A DNA stretch of 64,000 nt from Octopus vulgaris (GCA_951406725.2 OX597836.1:16182001-16246000); one strand, 5' to 3'; positions 41,846-57,240 are shown, counted from the first letter of the stretch. Notes: a model not told the origin generated them from the sequence alone. Numbers and translations: made by a program.

Positions 41846-41870
41846 ATTATCTATTATTATTATTATCATA
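41086..41870 (+). mobile_element. Probable non-LTR retroelement 3' end with long (ATT)n tail
   Basis: About 345 bp of complex sequence running into (ATT)n; a deleted second copy lies at about 50700-50892. Confidence 0.55.
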
Positions 41871-42606
41871 ATCATCATCATCATCATTTGCTCTTTCTCA
41901 TATATCTCCAGCATAATTTTCTCATAGATAGATATGTGTTGCAATGGCCTTCAAAAACTACTGCTGCTACTATTGCTACAACCAATTGTAGATTTTACCG
42001 CGTTTGTAGAAGCTGCGATCGCTATTTTCGGCGTCGTTGTTGTTGGATAAGTTGTGTGATTATTATTGTTCTTGTTATTGTTGATGTCATTGTTGTTGTT
42101 GTTGCTGCTACTGATGTACTATTACGTAGTTATTCTTGCTATCGCTGTTGTGGCCATTGTTATTGTTGCTATTGTTATTGATGTTGTCAAAAGAAGATAA
42201 AACATAACGCGGAAATCCGCCATTTTGATTTCATCTCCTATGGCTGTTTCTTTGATACTTCTCTTCACTGAAGATGGCGCTTTGACAATAGCAACCAGAT
42301 ATCAGTCTTTCAGCCGCTTCTCGAGTGCTTTAGTGAGCACATTCGAGAACACACACACACACATGTACATGTAAATAAAGCATACCTTTATATATACATC
42401 TATCCATCCATCCATCCATCCATATATATACATACATAGATACATACATATATATATATATTTATATATATATATACACACATATATATATATATATGTA
42501 TATGTGCTTGAAATTTACAAAAAAACAAAAGACGAAGACATATATATATATATATATTCATATATATATCCACATATATACATGTATATATCTACGTATC
42601 AATATA

Positions 42607-42649
<43 letters not shown>

Positions 42650-42945
42650 ATATATGTATGTCTATATATACATATATATATATATATACACACACGTGCA
42701 CTCTCACTGACTGAGGCACTTCTCAAACATGCAGCAGGAACATGCATGTATGCTGACATTGTAAACACGCCGTGGAATTCCTTGGACGTGTTCAAGCTTG
42801 CATACATAATTAGATATATTTACGCACGTAAGAATTAATCTAATACTATAAGTACACAGACACACGCTTGCACGCTCTAAAACATATATAGCATATTATA
42901 TACATACGCTTCTGTATGTATTTAAATCTCTCTCTCTACCTCTGC

Positions 42946-42986
<41 letters not shown>

Positions 42987-42994
42987 GCATATAC

Positions 42995-43063
<69 letters not shown>

Positions 43064-43243
43064 ATATACATACACACACATGTATAAATACATGCATATA
43101 TATAATATATATATGCATATACATACATGTGTGTGCGTGTATGTGTGAGCGCGTGCCGTGTGTACGAATATGTATGCATGTATTATATACATTATATATC
43201 TATATGTGGATATACATTATACATATTAATATTATATATGCAT

Positions 43244-43406
43244 AGGCACAAGAGTGGCTGTGTGGTAAGTAGATTGCTTGCCAACCCCATGGTTCCGGGT
43301 TCAGTCCCACTGCGTGGCACCTTTGGCAAGTGCTTTCTGTTATAGCTCGGGCTGACCAAAACCTTGTGAGTAGATTTGGTAGACGGAAACGGAAGGGAGC
43401 AAGTCG

Positions 43407-43441
<35 letters not shown>

Positions 43442-43550
43442 TTGTGTGTCTGTGTTTGTCCCTCTACCATCTCCTGACAACCGATGCTGGTGTGTTTATG
43501 TCCCCGTAAGTTAGCGGTTCAGCAAAAGGACCGATAGAATAAGTATTAGG
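43244..43550 (+). mobile_element. SINE family A, 3'-truncated
   Basis: Head GGCACAAGAGTGGCTGTGTGG followed by the body. Confidence 0.8.
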
Positions 43551-43765
43551 CACACGCACACACACACACATCCTTTACGGGAAATGTTTTTAATAAGCAT
43601 ATAAAAGCCCCTATTCTATTATGCCTGATGATGCCTACTGACGATACCAGTTTTTTGCGGTCGCACCGAGCTGCGCCGATATAATGCAGGATAAATATAG
43701 TAATGATAATAATCCATATCTTAATGCGTAGCTACGTACGTTTCCACACATCATATATATATATA

Positions 43766-43822
<57 letters not shown>

Positions 43823-43852
43823 GCGAGAAAGAAGCAACAAGAATGGATAGGT

Positions 43853-43943
43853 TTTTAGTACAATCGTTTCATACAAGGACAGGCTTTATTAAAAGTTGCA
43901 AAAATTACAGCATATAAACGTGTCCCGTACTCATCAGCTAAAA
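43853..43943 (-). ncRNA. Type I hammerhead ribozyme in the 3' pLTR
   Basis: Minus strand TTTTAG-CTGATGA-GTACGGGACA...TGTCCTTGTAT-GAAAC gatt GTA-CTAAAA. Confidence 0.85.
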
Positions 43944-45400
43944 TACATGTGAGTTCTCTAGACATCCTATTGGTTGAGGCTATACTCATGAAGTAATGTA
44001 GATAATTAAGTAACATAAACAGATTTCCAAAGTTCATTAAAGTTCTTTAAAGATGATGTACAGTCTTATCACAGAATTTTAAAAAAGTTTTAATAGCATC
44101 ACAGAGAAGGTGACCTAATCCATAGTGCACATATGAATTTCCAGAGATATGATGAGGTATTACATACTCACAGACGACAAATTTATCCATTGTTAATCAC
44201 AACGAGGTGGGTCTCAATTCCTGCTTATTAGCATTACAGAGAGGGTGAATTAATCCTTTGTATAGATGCACAATTTCCAATGGTGTAGATGTAAATTTCC
44301 AGAGAAATGAAGAGGAATTTCATATTCACAGGCGATAAATTTATCAATGGTTGAACACAATGAGGTAGGTATCAGTTCTTGTTATATGATTAGGTATTTG
44401 CCACATTAATCACATTACTGCTACTCACAAGAGGCTGTAGCTATTTAACTTTTAAAGGCTGAAGGGCTTTCTAGAGAGGCAAAGAATAGAAAAGGGAAGG
44501 GAATAGAAGAAAAGAGAGAAAATAAAGGAGGAGGGAGCAAAAAGGGGGGGGAGGGGGACTAAAAGAGAAGAGAAAAGGAAAAAGAGAATAGGAAGAAGAA
44601 AAAGAAAAAAGAGAAAAGAGAAAGAAATAGGAAAAGAAGGGAAAAAAAGAAAAAGAAAAAAAGAGGGTTCTAGTTATACAGAAGAATTAGTAGACGGCAA
44701 GTCTGGTTTTAATTTACAGGCATCTAGGAACTAGAGGAGAATATTATTCTTTGACCAGTAACACAGCTAATTTATTGCTGTTGAAATCAGCTATGAATTT
44801 AAAGAGAACCTAAAGAGATAACACAGTCAGGGGTTTAGGGTCAGATGCTAAAATCAAAAGAAAATACATTAGGAAAATCTAAGTATAATCTTATCAAAAA
44901 GTCATTAAAGTTTACTTATTTAATTTATTCATTATATTGTCTTAAGGAGTTGCCTTTATTATTCATACAATGACGGACTACAGGTCAAATCTTAGAAGAT
45001 CATTTACATGGTGTTAGGGGATTGTCTATCATAATGAAGATAATCATATTATCACCGAGGGAGTAGCCTTATTTATTTAATTTTGAAATAGAATTATGGG
45101 GCTATAGTAACTCATTTTATTTTATTAGAGTTATGCTACTTAAATTAGATTAAGTTAGGAATTAAAATTAAAAATTACAATTAAGATTTAAAATTAAGAT
45201 TTAAAATTATGAGTTTGAAATTAAATAAAGCCTCAATTAAGCAGCGTATAAGTACTATTCATTTCCCTGTTCTCAAAAAACTGATGCAGATATAAGGAAA
45301 AAGATAACTGTAGTGTGAGAACTCTTAGTTATCTACTTAAAGCAGTGCTATACTAGTAGAAATCAAGTTATATCTATCTATCTAGTTACGAATATTCTAA

Positions 45401-46133
45401 TCATTTAAAATATTTTAAAGTCTTCAATTTAGCGTGGACACAAACTTGACCTAGTTCGATATGGTTATTCAATAAGTTTCTATGTTTTCTATGCTTTAGA
45501 ATTTCATACGTCTCCATGGAGCATAGTTGGCAACCAACCCTACTATTTTTATACGGAATTGCTCTCCTAACTATTTCCCAATTAAGGTTATAATTATTAT
45601 TATTATTTTTGAGTTCCCAGATTTTGTTTGAAAGTGTGGTGGTACCAGCTTTATGACGTAATTTAAAAGACGAGATGTGATTTCTAACTCTGGCTAAAAA
45701 ATTAATTGTACATCCAATGTAATAATATTTGTTATTCTCCGTGGATATGGTACATTTATAGATTACATTATTTTCCCCACATAGACCAGGTGCCGGGCAT
45801 TTTGATTTTATTCTACACTTACACACAGGAGGAACAACTTCAGGCTTTGGATTATTCTTGGGTAGATGTCTTAGGTTCCTATTATTTTGATTATCATTTC
45901 TATAGTTGGTGCTGGTATCTAAAGTATTGCTATTATTTATTGGTCCTTCTATTTCATCATTTAGGTCTAAAGTCCTACCATGATTTCTTATATTATTGGT
46001 AATGTTACTATTATTGTTAGTCTTTTTATCCGACTGCATATTGTTGTTATAGATATCACTGATATTTTCATTCTCCTTATTTTCTCCATTAGCCTTATTT
46101 CTATTATTTCTATTATTAACATTATTACTTCTA
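45401..46133 (-). CDS. GIY-YIG endonuclease domain of a PLE (5'-truncated ORF)
   Basis: CKC..CP...C..NVIYKC, YYYIGCT, R..NHISSF, TTLS.KIWELK, CQLC..E, LLN..E..C.H; the frame stays open through an Asn-rich linker to the pLTR junction; no RT present. Confidence 0.85.
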
Positions 46134-46274
46134 TTTTAAAATTCTGTGATAAGACTGTACATCATCTTTAAAGAACTTTAATGAACTTTGGAAATCTGTT
46201 TATGTTACTTAATTATCTACATTACTTCATGAGTATAGCCTCAACCAATAGGATGTCTAGAGAACTCACATGTA

Positions 46275-46365
46275 TTTTAGCTGATGAGTACGGGACACGT
46301 TTATATGCTGTAATTTTTGCAACTTTTAATAAAGCCTGTCCTTGTATGAAACGATTGTACTAAAA
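46275..46365 (+). ncRNA. Type I hammerhead ribozyme in the inverted pLTR
   Basis: TTTTAG 46275-80, CTGATGA 46281-87, GAAA 46348-51, GTA 46357-59, CTAAAA 46360-65. Confidence 0.85.
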
Positions 46366-46512
46366 ACCTATCCATTCTTGTTGCTTCTTTCTCGCTTATA
46401 ATCACCCCACATTACTGTATTGTTAAAACAGTATAGTTTTTTTTGGTGCATCTAAGTTAGGTACCATATTCAAGTAAATTCATTTAAATTAACTTGAATC
46501 TTCATTGCTTTT

Positions 46513-46552
<40 letters not shown>

Positions 46553-46583
46553 CATATATATATATATATACTATATATATATA

Positions 46584-46633
<50 letters not shown>

Positions 46634-46641
46634 CATATATA

Positions 46642-46691
<50 letters not shown>

Positions 46692-46964
46692 GCGTATATA
46701 TATGCATATATATATTAAGTATATGCATGCGTTTGTGTGAGTATTTGCGCACGTGTCTGCTTGTGCAAATATATATGTGTATAAGTTTTCAAATCATACA
46801 TACACTTATGCATGCATTGATAGTGTAATTAGATAAGCCCGTACATGCATACGCAGTTTCACTCTCGCGGTCGCGCACGCACACGTGCTCGTAAGCGTGT
46901 GCGAGCACCTTTACACGGAGGCCTTACATTAGAAGTGTATTTTCAAAGGAAAGAAGAAGAAGAG

Positions 46965-47040
<76 letters not shown>

Positions 47041-47381
47041 AAGAAGAAGATGACGATGACGATGGCAATGGCGAAAGCGGAATCTATTGACCATGAACCA
47101 AGTGGTAAAGATGGCAATCAAGGACAGTCGGTGAATAGGAGAAGGACAGGACAGAGAGACGAAGAAACCTACCATGGTGACTGTCACGAATGGACAATAA
47201 TAGTGGCCGCAAACAATGGTGAAGTGCATATTCTCGTCACCTCACCTGCGGCCTCATTGTTATTTTCTCAGCGCCAAGAATAATTAGTTTAAAATACGGA
47301 TAAAATCTGCCGAGATTGTTGACGTCACACGTCGTTGTAATTGAGGACTGCATGTATAGTGTACACACGCAGATGCGTGCA

Positions 47382-47449
<68 letters not shown>

Positions 47450-47743
47450 GTCAATATATACATATGTACACACACACACACACACACATACTAACGCGTA
47501 CGCACACAACATTTTGTTATCTTCGATCTTTTATTTGTTTCAGCTTTGTCCGACTGCGGCCATGCTGGAGCACCGCCTCGAAGAATATTTAGACGAATAA
47601 ATCGACTCCATTACTTATTTAAGTTTCTATCGAGCTCTTCATGCCGAACCGCAGTGTTACGGGGACCAACGTTACACACACACACACACACAGACATGCA
47701 TGTATGTATATATAAATACATACATACACACACACACACACAC

Positions 47744-47796
<53 letters not shown>

Positions 47797-48054
47797 TACG
47801 ACAGGCTTCTTTCAGTTTCCGTCTACCAATTCCACTCACGAGGCTTTGCTCGGACCGAGGCTAAGTAAAAGGCACTTGCCCAAGGTGCCGCGCAGGGGGA
47901 TTGAATTAGAAACATTGTGATCGGGGAGGAAACGTCTTAACACACAGCTACGCCTGCCGTCATGAACATATATATATATATATATATGTATATACATGTA
48001 TGTATGTATGTATGTATGTATGTATGTATGTATGTATGTATGTATGTATGTATG

Positions 48055-48171
<117 letters not shown>

Positions 48172-48468
48172 ATAGATACATAGCTATAGATATACATACA
48201 AACACATGCGTATACACTCATATAATTATAAACAGACTGAAGCAGATGTATGCAAATATGTTCCGGTTTGTTTATATACACACCAATATTCACGTTTGCG
48301 CACGCGCGCACGCACACAGTTGAATATTTATATATGAATATATTTATATACATTTACACACATTTACACGTGTATACTACGTATTTAAGGATGTTAAGAA
48401 CGCGAATATAAGTAGATATGAACAAATACACATACACACACGTGCGTACGTGTTTACTCATATATTTC

Positions 48469-48503
<35 letters not shown>

Positions 48504-48519
48504 ATATCTATCTATCTAT

Positions 48520-48571
<52 letters not shown>

Positions 48572-48725
48572 TACATATATATACATATGTAAACGTATAG
48601 ATATACACTCACACACATACATATAACAAAAAGAGTGAGATGTAGTGTTACTATGAAATTGCTCAATATGAGGTTCTCTTTCAATTATGTGTAAAATATA
48701 TGCGTACATATACATACATACGTAT

Positions 48726-48814
<89 letters not shown>

Positions 48815-48844
48815 TATATGTATGTATATATATATATACATATG

Positions 48845-48876
<32 letters not shown>

Positions 48877-49299
48877 TGTATGTATGTATGTATATGTACG
48901 CATATATATTTTACGCATAATTGGAAGAGAACCTTATGCACTTAAGTACGTCGCCACATATAGACAACTTACACACGATGAAGAGTCACAAACAATGTTT
49001 CCTTAGAATCTAATCACATGGTACTACACACCGTACACTACAAGAAAGATTTTCGTACGATAATGGAGTACTACAAGTAGCAGCGAAAATAAATAACAAC
49101 GACAACAACAACAACAAAAACAACAACAACAACAACAACAATAATAATAATAATAATGGCAATAATAATAATAATAATAACAACAAAGACAATAACAATA
49201 TCGAAAATAGTAGTTGTAGTAATGCTGGATAAGTATAATTGTCAATTGTTCGTTGACGTAAAAGATATTGTTACAGAGAACGTATTTTAGCGCAGATAC

Positions 49300-49363
<64 letters not shown>

Positions 49364-49550
49364 ACGTATATGTGTATGCATCATAGGCATATACACACAT
49401 CGTATATATATCGTCTGTTGCTTTTCCTTTTTGTTTGATGATGGGAAAGGTGGTCAGCCTTCTGCCAGTGAAGGTCACTATGGAGTGGATCAGTTGGTAC
49501 TGATCCAGGAATAGAGGTTAAATGGCTATTGTTTGGGAAATACTTCAACG

Positions 49551-49651
<101 letters not shown>

Positions 49652-49781
49652 AGGAATCTATATTCAAAATACTTTCCTGTCAATGTATGTGTGTGTGTGT
49701 TTATACACACACATACATACCTCAGGGTATGCATTTATGTATGTATATATATACAGAAATAGATAGAGAGAGAGAGAGAAG

Positions 49782-49833
<52 letters not shown>

Positions 49834-51134
49834 AAGAGAGATGTTTTCTTTTCAAACAAGAGAAATAAAAACGGCAAGCGGGTAGAATCGATACTACTTC
49901 CGTCTCATTGGGTACTCAGTTCGAACCACAACGGGTTCAACTTTGCTTTTCACTAAAATTTCTGGCTTTGTGCCTTAATTAGGAACCATAATTTTTATTA
50001 TCATCTTCTTTTCGTTTGTCTTTTTGTTCTGAGTTCAAATTCCGCCGAGGCGGACTTTGCTTCTCATCCTTACGGGGTCGATGAAATAAATACCAGCTAA
50101 GTACTGGGACATTGTAATAGACTCCCACATCTGGCCTTGAGAGAAAATTTGAAATCATTATTATCATCTTGACCGAAAATTGATCTTATTCTTAGTAGAA
50201 TTTATGTGTGTAGCAGGGTTACTCCCGGTTACCATAGTCACTATCCACGGGATCTCAATATACTACTACGTCTTCTTCTTCTTCTTCTTCTTCTTCTTCT
50301 TCTTCTTCTTCTTCTTCTCCTTCTCCTTCTCCTTCTTCTTCTTCTCCTTCCTCTCCTTCTTCTTCTTCTTCTTCTTCTTCTTCTTCTACTTCTTCTTCTC
50401 CTTCTTTTCTTCTTCTTCTTCTTCTTCTTCTTCTTCTTCTTCTTCTCTCTTCTCCTTCTTCTCCTTCTTCTTCTTCTTCTTCTTCTTCTTCTTCTTCCTT
50501 CTCCTTCTTCTTCTTCTTCTTCTTCTTCTTCTTCTTCTTCTTCTTTCTTCTTCTCCTCCTCCTCCTCCTTCTTCTTCTTCTTCTTCTTCTTCTTCTTCTT
50601 CTTCTTCTTCTTCTTCTTCTTCTTCTTCTTCTTCTTCTTCTTCTTCTTCTTCTTCTTCTTCTTCTTCTTCTTCTTCACATTGCAAGTGGGGGGCCCAAAA
50701 TGAATAAGTTTTTTGTTCAAGGACGTTGAACAAAACACCTATGTTTCCAGAGGTGAATTATCCAAACTTCAAAGAATCCCTCCTCAACCTGGTTATGGTC
50801 AAACAACTGACGTATGCAAATCTCTGGTATTGAGCAGAACATTTGCTGTAGCCCATCTTTTATACAAAACTATGTGCATAATAACACTTCCTATTATTTT
50901 CTTTTTTCGAAGCGTCTCCTCTATTGGGAGTTTTGTAAATTGTCGAATTTTTTTTCGTTGTTGTAAAGCTTCTTTACACGAACCTTTTTCTTTCGAAAAA
51001 CGGACAAAACCTTTTGTAACCTTTCGTCCCTGTTTTGTCCCTTTATGTTTTCCAATCATATTTTTCAGCCCTTGTGGCCAATAAAAAAGATTTAATTACT
51101 ACTACTACTACTGCTACTACTACTACTACTACTG

Positions 51135-51183
<49 letters not shown>

Positions 51184-51266
51184 CACCACCACCATCACCA
51201 TCACCACCACCACCACCACCACCACCACCACCACCACCACCACCACCACCACCACCACCACCACCA

Positions 51267-51324
<58 letters not shown>

Positions 51325-51616
51325 TTATTATCATTATTATTCGAAGAGCTATAGTGAACTTATGGGCCTAGGGTTTCGTGCAAGGAGTGCACTTATCAAA
51401 CCCTTCAGTGCATTCGCGCGAAGCTCGAAAACCTTTAAACGTCTCCAGCTTCTAGCCTAATACACATAACATACACACATACATACCTATATACGCATGT
51501 GTTTGTGAATGCGTATATATATATATATATGTTTGTATACATGTGTGTGTGTGTGTACGTGTATGCATATGAATGACACAATTGTATGTTGCGTGCGTAA
51601 ATACACACGCACAAAC

Positions 51617-51647
<31 letters not shown>

Positions 51648-52667
51648 GCCACACATGAGTACGTGTGTGACACACTTTCCGAGAACCAGCTGTATGTAAA
51701 TAAACCAACGTCGAAACAGTTAACCAGCTGTGATTCTGTGCACAGTGAACTTTCCCTCATGAGAAGGCTCTTGATTAATTGACATGGTATTAATTATACT
51801 GCGTATATGTGTATATATTAATGTACGCCTACATGAATATGTGTGTATGTGTGTGCGTGTGTGGGTGGGTGTGCGTGTGTGTGTGGGTGGGTGTCAGTGA
51901 GGTGTTTGTGTCTTTACGGTGTAAACCCGAAAGGAAATATGTAATTTGACACGCATAATATACAATGCATGTATACATACATGTATGTAATAGACATGTA
52001 GACGCGCAAGCGCATGTATATTTATGTATATATATACATATATATATACCATACAAATATACATACATATATCTACATGCATACATATACGCATGCATAT
52101 TTATCTATGTATGAATATATATATATATATATATATATCGTCTCGACTTAACAGCCCTCACCGTTTGTTTTTACTGTTTTGTTCTCACTGTCCTGTTCTT
52201 GTTACGAAGTTCACCCTCCGCAAAAAATTCCAAATTTTATTTAATTTGCTTTGCGGGAAGGATTGTTTCAACGAAGTCGCGTCTTGTCCTTGCCCTCGAA
52301 AACGTGGAGTTGATGAAACAGGGACAACTGAAGAAGGGGAATATTATTTATGTTGCATGTCTCGTTTCTCTCTTTGTTTATTCGTTGTTCGAAAAAAAAA
52401 CGTTCGTTTCTATGTTTTTGTTTTTATGTTTTCGTTTCCCGTTGTGTTCAAGATTTTTTTAATGTCCTGTACCCATATATGCTTGTATATATACATATAT
52501 ATGTAGGTATGTACATATATGTATGTATATATGCATGTATTTATATATTATTTATATTTATATATGATCGAACACCACGCATCCTTTTCCAAGTCTTATA
52601 TATATATACATACATACATACATACGTACTTGTATTAATATGTAGGTATGTATAGTATGCGTGCGTG

Positions 52668-52702
<35 letters not shown>

Positions 52703-53224
52703 TCCTGGCATTGCCCTTATTTTCGTCTCATGTCTGAGTCCTAAGGCTTTATTCTGTTTGTTGATTTCATTTGCTTTGTATGCCCACATTGCATGTGTTT
52801 GTTTTCGTCTTTTGTCTCTTGTTCGCTGGCTGTTCATGTCGTCTTGGATATGATTTCGTTTGTATAATGTACATTGTAGTTATTCCGTGTTTGCATGTCC
52901 GCTGTCTATCGTGTTCGGTCCCGCGTTCGTTTGCTCGCCATTTCCTGGCGGCTTATCGTAGCTGACGCCATCTAAAGGGAACAATATCATCGTTAAAAGC
53001 ATGAAATTGCTTTGACCCTTCGGAGAATAACTGACGAATATTTGGCGACATTCTGTGTGCGTTTCCTTTTTGTTTTTTGAACACCCACACAAGCGCACGC
53101 GCATATACATTCATACATACATACATACATACATACATACATACATACATACATACATACATACATACATACATACATACATACATACATGCATATATAT
53201 ATATATATGTATATATATATACAT

Positions 53225-53255
<31 letters not shown>

Positions 53256-53312
53256 CATATACATACATATATATACATATATATACATATATATACATAT
53301 ATATACATATAT

Positions 53313-53343
<31 letters not shown>

Positions 53344-53371
53344 ATATATACACACACACACATATATATAT

Positions 53372-53442
<71 letters not shown>

Positions 53443-53720
53443 AATTAATAAGGAGAATAGAGATTAATATATCCAGTTTCATTCTGCTGTCAATCGCGTC
53501 TTTCCATTTCTGTGCGCGCGCGACTGTATATGTGTGTGGCGTGTGCGTAGATAGATAATAGATACCCATCTGCTTCATAGAAGCATATCTTAATTCGTTT
53601 AAACACGAAGCGTTTATCATCGAATGGGCTCAGCATGAAAGTTCAAAATTAAGGGAATTAAGACGAGCTACGACATTACGTTGTTTCTCTGTGAATAAAT
53701 TTGAACAGGATGGAAGAATC

Positions 53721-53858
53721 TGTATGTATGTATGTATGTATGTATGTATGTATGTATGTATGTATGTATGTATGTATGTATGTATGTATGTATGCATGTA
53801 TGTATGTATGTGTGTATGTATGTATGTATATATGTACGTATGTATGTATGTATGTATG

Positions 53859-53890
<32 letters not shown>

Positions 53891-54142
53891 CATGCATGTA
53901 TGTATGTATATATGTATATATGTATGTATGTATGTATGTATGTACGTACGTACGTACGTACGTACGTACGTATGTATGTATGCATGCATGTATGTATGTA
54001 TGTATGTATGCATGTATGTATGTATGTATGTATGCATGTATGTATGTATGCATGTATGTATGCATGCATGTATGTATGTATGTATGTATGTATGCATGCA
54101 TGCATGTATGTATGTATGTATATATGTATGTATGTATGTATG

Positions 54143-54176
<34 letters not shown>

Positions 54177-54260
54177 TGTATGTATGTATGTACGTACGTA
54201 CGTATGTATGTATGTATGCATGCATGTATATATGTGTGTATGTATGTATGTATGTATGTA
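53721..54260. repeat. (TATG)n microsatellite with CATG/TACG variants
   Basis: Visible run of about 540 bp. Confidence 0.95.
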
Positions 54261-54443
54261 TTGAGTGCTTCAAGTGATATACAGATATTTTATATTATTA
54301 GTCGGAATTTTGGATAATTGTTTATTAGCGCTTTCGTCCATTCAGCATCTGGAGAATCTTCTTGAACGAACGAAAGGGCTAATAAATAATTAATTATCCA
54401 AAATTCTGAGTGCCTCCTTTTTCTTAATACATATATATACATA

Positions 54444-54485
<42 letters not shown>

Positions 54486-54504
54486 GATAAATAGATAGAC
54501 AGAC

Positions 54505-54587
<83 letters not shown>

Positions 54588-54588
54588 C

Positions 54589-54635
<47 letters not shown>

Positions 54636-54656
54636 CAGATATATAGACAGACAGAC

Positions 54657-54731
<75 letters not shown>

Positions 54732-55034
54732 CTATTTGACCCAGTTTCATATTCAAAGTTATCAGAAATTGAGAAGCGAGAGACGTGAGACAATTTCAAG
54801 ATGACGTCTCGATGTTAGAGGCCTCTATTGGTCAGCTCAAGTCACCTGGTGGTGGTAATGCTGCATAAGCAACACCAGTTATTTTCTTTATTCTCAGGCA
54901 AAACTTGCTCGTGCTGGTAGGACGCTGTTGTCAGTTTGGCAGAAAGCTGCTGTGTCGTCTATGCAGCGACATCAGATCCCTGTATCAGATATGCACGTGG
55001 TATGGTGGGATGTTGGCGCCAGTCAGATTGTGCA

Positions 55035-55254
55035 AGGCGGCGAGCTGGCAGAAACGTTTTTGCACGCCGGGCGAAATGCTTTGCGGTATTTCTTAGTTCA
55101 AATTCCGTCGAGGTCGACTTTGCCTTTCATCCTTTCGGGGTCGATAAATTAAGTACCAGTTACGCACCGGGGTCGATATAATCGACTTAATCCGTTTGTC
55201 TGTCCTTGTTTGTCCCCTCTGTGTTTTTAACTCCTTGTGGGTAGTAAAGAAATA
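55035..55254 (+). mobile_element. SINE family C monomer
   Basis: Head and tail as in the 16290 copy, with a small internal deletion. Confidence 0.85.
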
Positions 55255-55622
55255 GATTGTGCAATCATCATCGTTCAGTAGTGATTTAGCGGTAGGAGAC
55301 TATATATATAAGGGTAACACACACGTACACACACACGCACGCATGCACACACACACATACACACACACATTATCTTTTGCAAGGATTTTTAGTCGAAGAG
55401 ATCGAACCCAGAACTTATTCTATGTAAGCCAAGTACGTATTCTATCGGCCCTTATTGTTCAGCATAAGAGACGGATAGAATAAGTACCTGGCTTAACAAA
55501 ATTATAACTATTGGGGGAGGGGAGCGCAGGGTGGGAGTGGGGTCAATGCGTTTGGTTAAAACTCATCAACGCGGTGCCACAGCATGGCCACTGTCCAACG
55601 ACTGAAACAAGTAAAAGATACG

Positions 55623-56223
55623 TATTTCTTTACTACCCACAAGGGGCTAAACACAGAGGGGACAGACAACGACAGATATAGGTATTAAAGTCGATTATAT
55701 CGACCCCAGTGCGTAACTGGTACTTATTTAATTGACCCCGAAAGGATGAAAGGCAAAGTCGACCTCGGCGGAATTTGAACTCAGAACGTAACGGCAGACG
55801 AAATACCTATTTCTTTATTACCCACAAGGGGCTAAACATAGAGAGGACAAACAAGGACAGACAAAGGGATTAAGTCGATTATATCGACCCCAGTGCGTAA
55901 CTGGTACTTAATTTATCGACCCCGAAAGGATGAAAGGCAAAGTCGACCTCGGCGGAATTTGAACTCAGAACGTAACGGCAGACGAAATACCTATTTCTTT
56001 ATTACCCACAAGGGGCTAAACATAGAGAGGACAAACAAGGACAGACAAAGGGATTAAGTCGATTATATCGACCCCAGTGCGTAACTGGTACTTAATTTAT
56101 CGACCCCGAAAGGATGAAAGGCAAAGTCGACCTCGGCGGAATTTGAACTCAGAACGTAACGGCAGACGAAATACCGCGAAGTATTTCGCCCGGCGTGCTA
56201 ACGTTTCTGCCAGCTCGCCGCCT
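55623..56223 (-). mobile_element. SINE family C trimer
   Basis: Unit ends at 55623, 55808 and 55992; single head at 56176-56223. Confidence 0.9.
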
Positions 56224-56828
56224 ACGATACATATAAAGGTTGATTAATTCTCTATCTCAGACGAACATTGTAGCGAAAATGGAGTAAATTAACTTGTCTG
56301 CACGAACCCTTCACCACGTGACGTCAGGCTGCAAGAGCAGACAACTCATTTAATCCCTCAACAGTTGGTCCTACTTTAGATAATCGAATGAAACTGATGA
56401 TGCTGATCTCATGCCACACAATGATCGTCACCTAGCCTCCACATGCTAGAAATAGTAACCAAATTTTCACTTCGAACCAACTTACAAAAAAAAAAAATAA
56501 ATAAAATGTCAATGTGTAAATAGAGTTACAAGTGTATGGCTAAATATATGCTAATATGTTAATTAAACATATGGTACTAATTACATCAACGTATTTCATC
56601 GCACACATGCTGAGTCACCGCTCCAATTCATACGTATACTCGGCCAACTTTAACCACGTTATATTAAGTGGGGTCAGGTCTGCAACGATTTCTTTTTTCG
56701 TATAGTAAGATTACATTAGAGGAAGTAAGTAACTCTCGACGAGACTTTAACGGAGGCCGAAACTAGTCGATTGATTTTGCATTCTGGTTGCTATAAGTCC
56801 CGTGTTTTAACTGCGGGTCTATTTTGTC

Positions 56829-57240
56829 GAGTGGCTGTGTGGTATGTAGCTTGTCTACCAACCACATGGTTCCGGGTTCAGTCCCACTGCGTGGCACCTT
56901 GGGCAAGTGTCTTCTACTATAGCCTTGGGCCGACCAAAGCCTTGTGAGTGGATTTGGTAGATGGAAACTGAAAGAAGCCTGTCGTATATATGTATATATA
57001 TATATATGCGTGTGTGTGTTTGTATGTCTGTGTTTGTCCCCTAGCATTGCTTGACAAGCGATGCTGGTGTGTTTATGTCCCCGTTACTTAGCGGTTCGGC
57101 AAAAGAGACCGATAGAATAAGTACTGGGCTTACAAAAAAAGAATATGTCCCGGGGTCGAGTTGCTCGATTAAAGGCGGTGCTCCAGCATGGCCGCAGTCA
57201 AATGACTGAAACAAGTAAAAGAGTAAAGAGTAAAAGAGTA
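56829..57240 (+). mobile_element. SINE family A, near full length
   Basis: Head through to the GAGTAAAA tail. Confidence 0.9.

Larger units (their letters stand above)
43823..46515 (-). mobile_element. Penelope-like element, 5'-truncated, with inverted pLTRs
   Basis: 262-bp inverted repeats at 43823-44084 and 46134-46395, each carrying a hammerhead, enclose a GIY-YIG ORF; both ends abut (TA)n. Confidence 0.85.

Noticed and set aside
42123-42224. Minus-strand MADFRVMFYLLLTTSITIA..., a possible signal-peptide exon 1
   Set aside because: Stops after about 33 codons in low-complexity sequence; no phase-1 donor or prodomain motif
43625-43650. CTGATGA and CTGACGA heptamers (another CTGACGA at 53031)
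   Set aside because: No correctly placed GAAA or closing stems, so not counted as hammerheads
43855-46363. Identical 60-aa ORFs MNFGNLFM... at 43855 and 46181
   Set aside because: By-product of the inverted pLTRs; the region is better explained as a ribozyme
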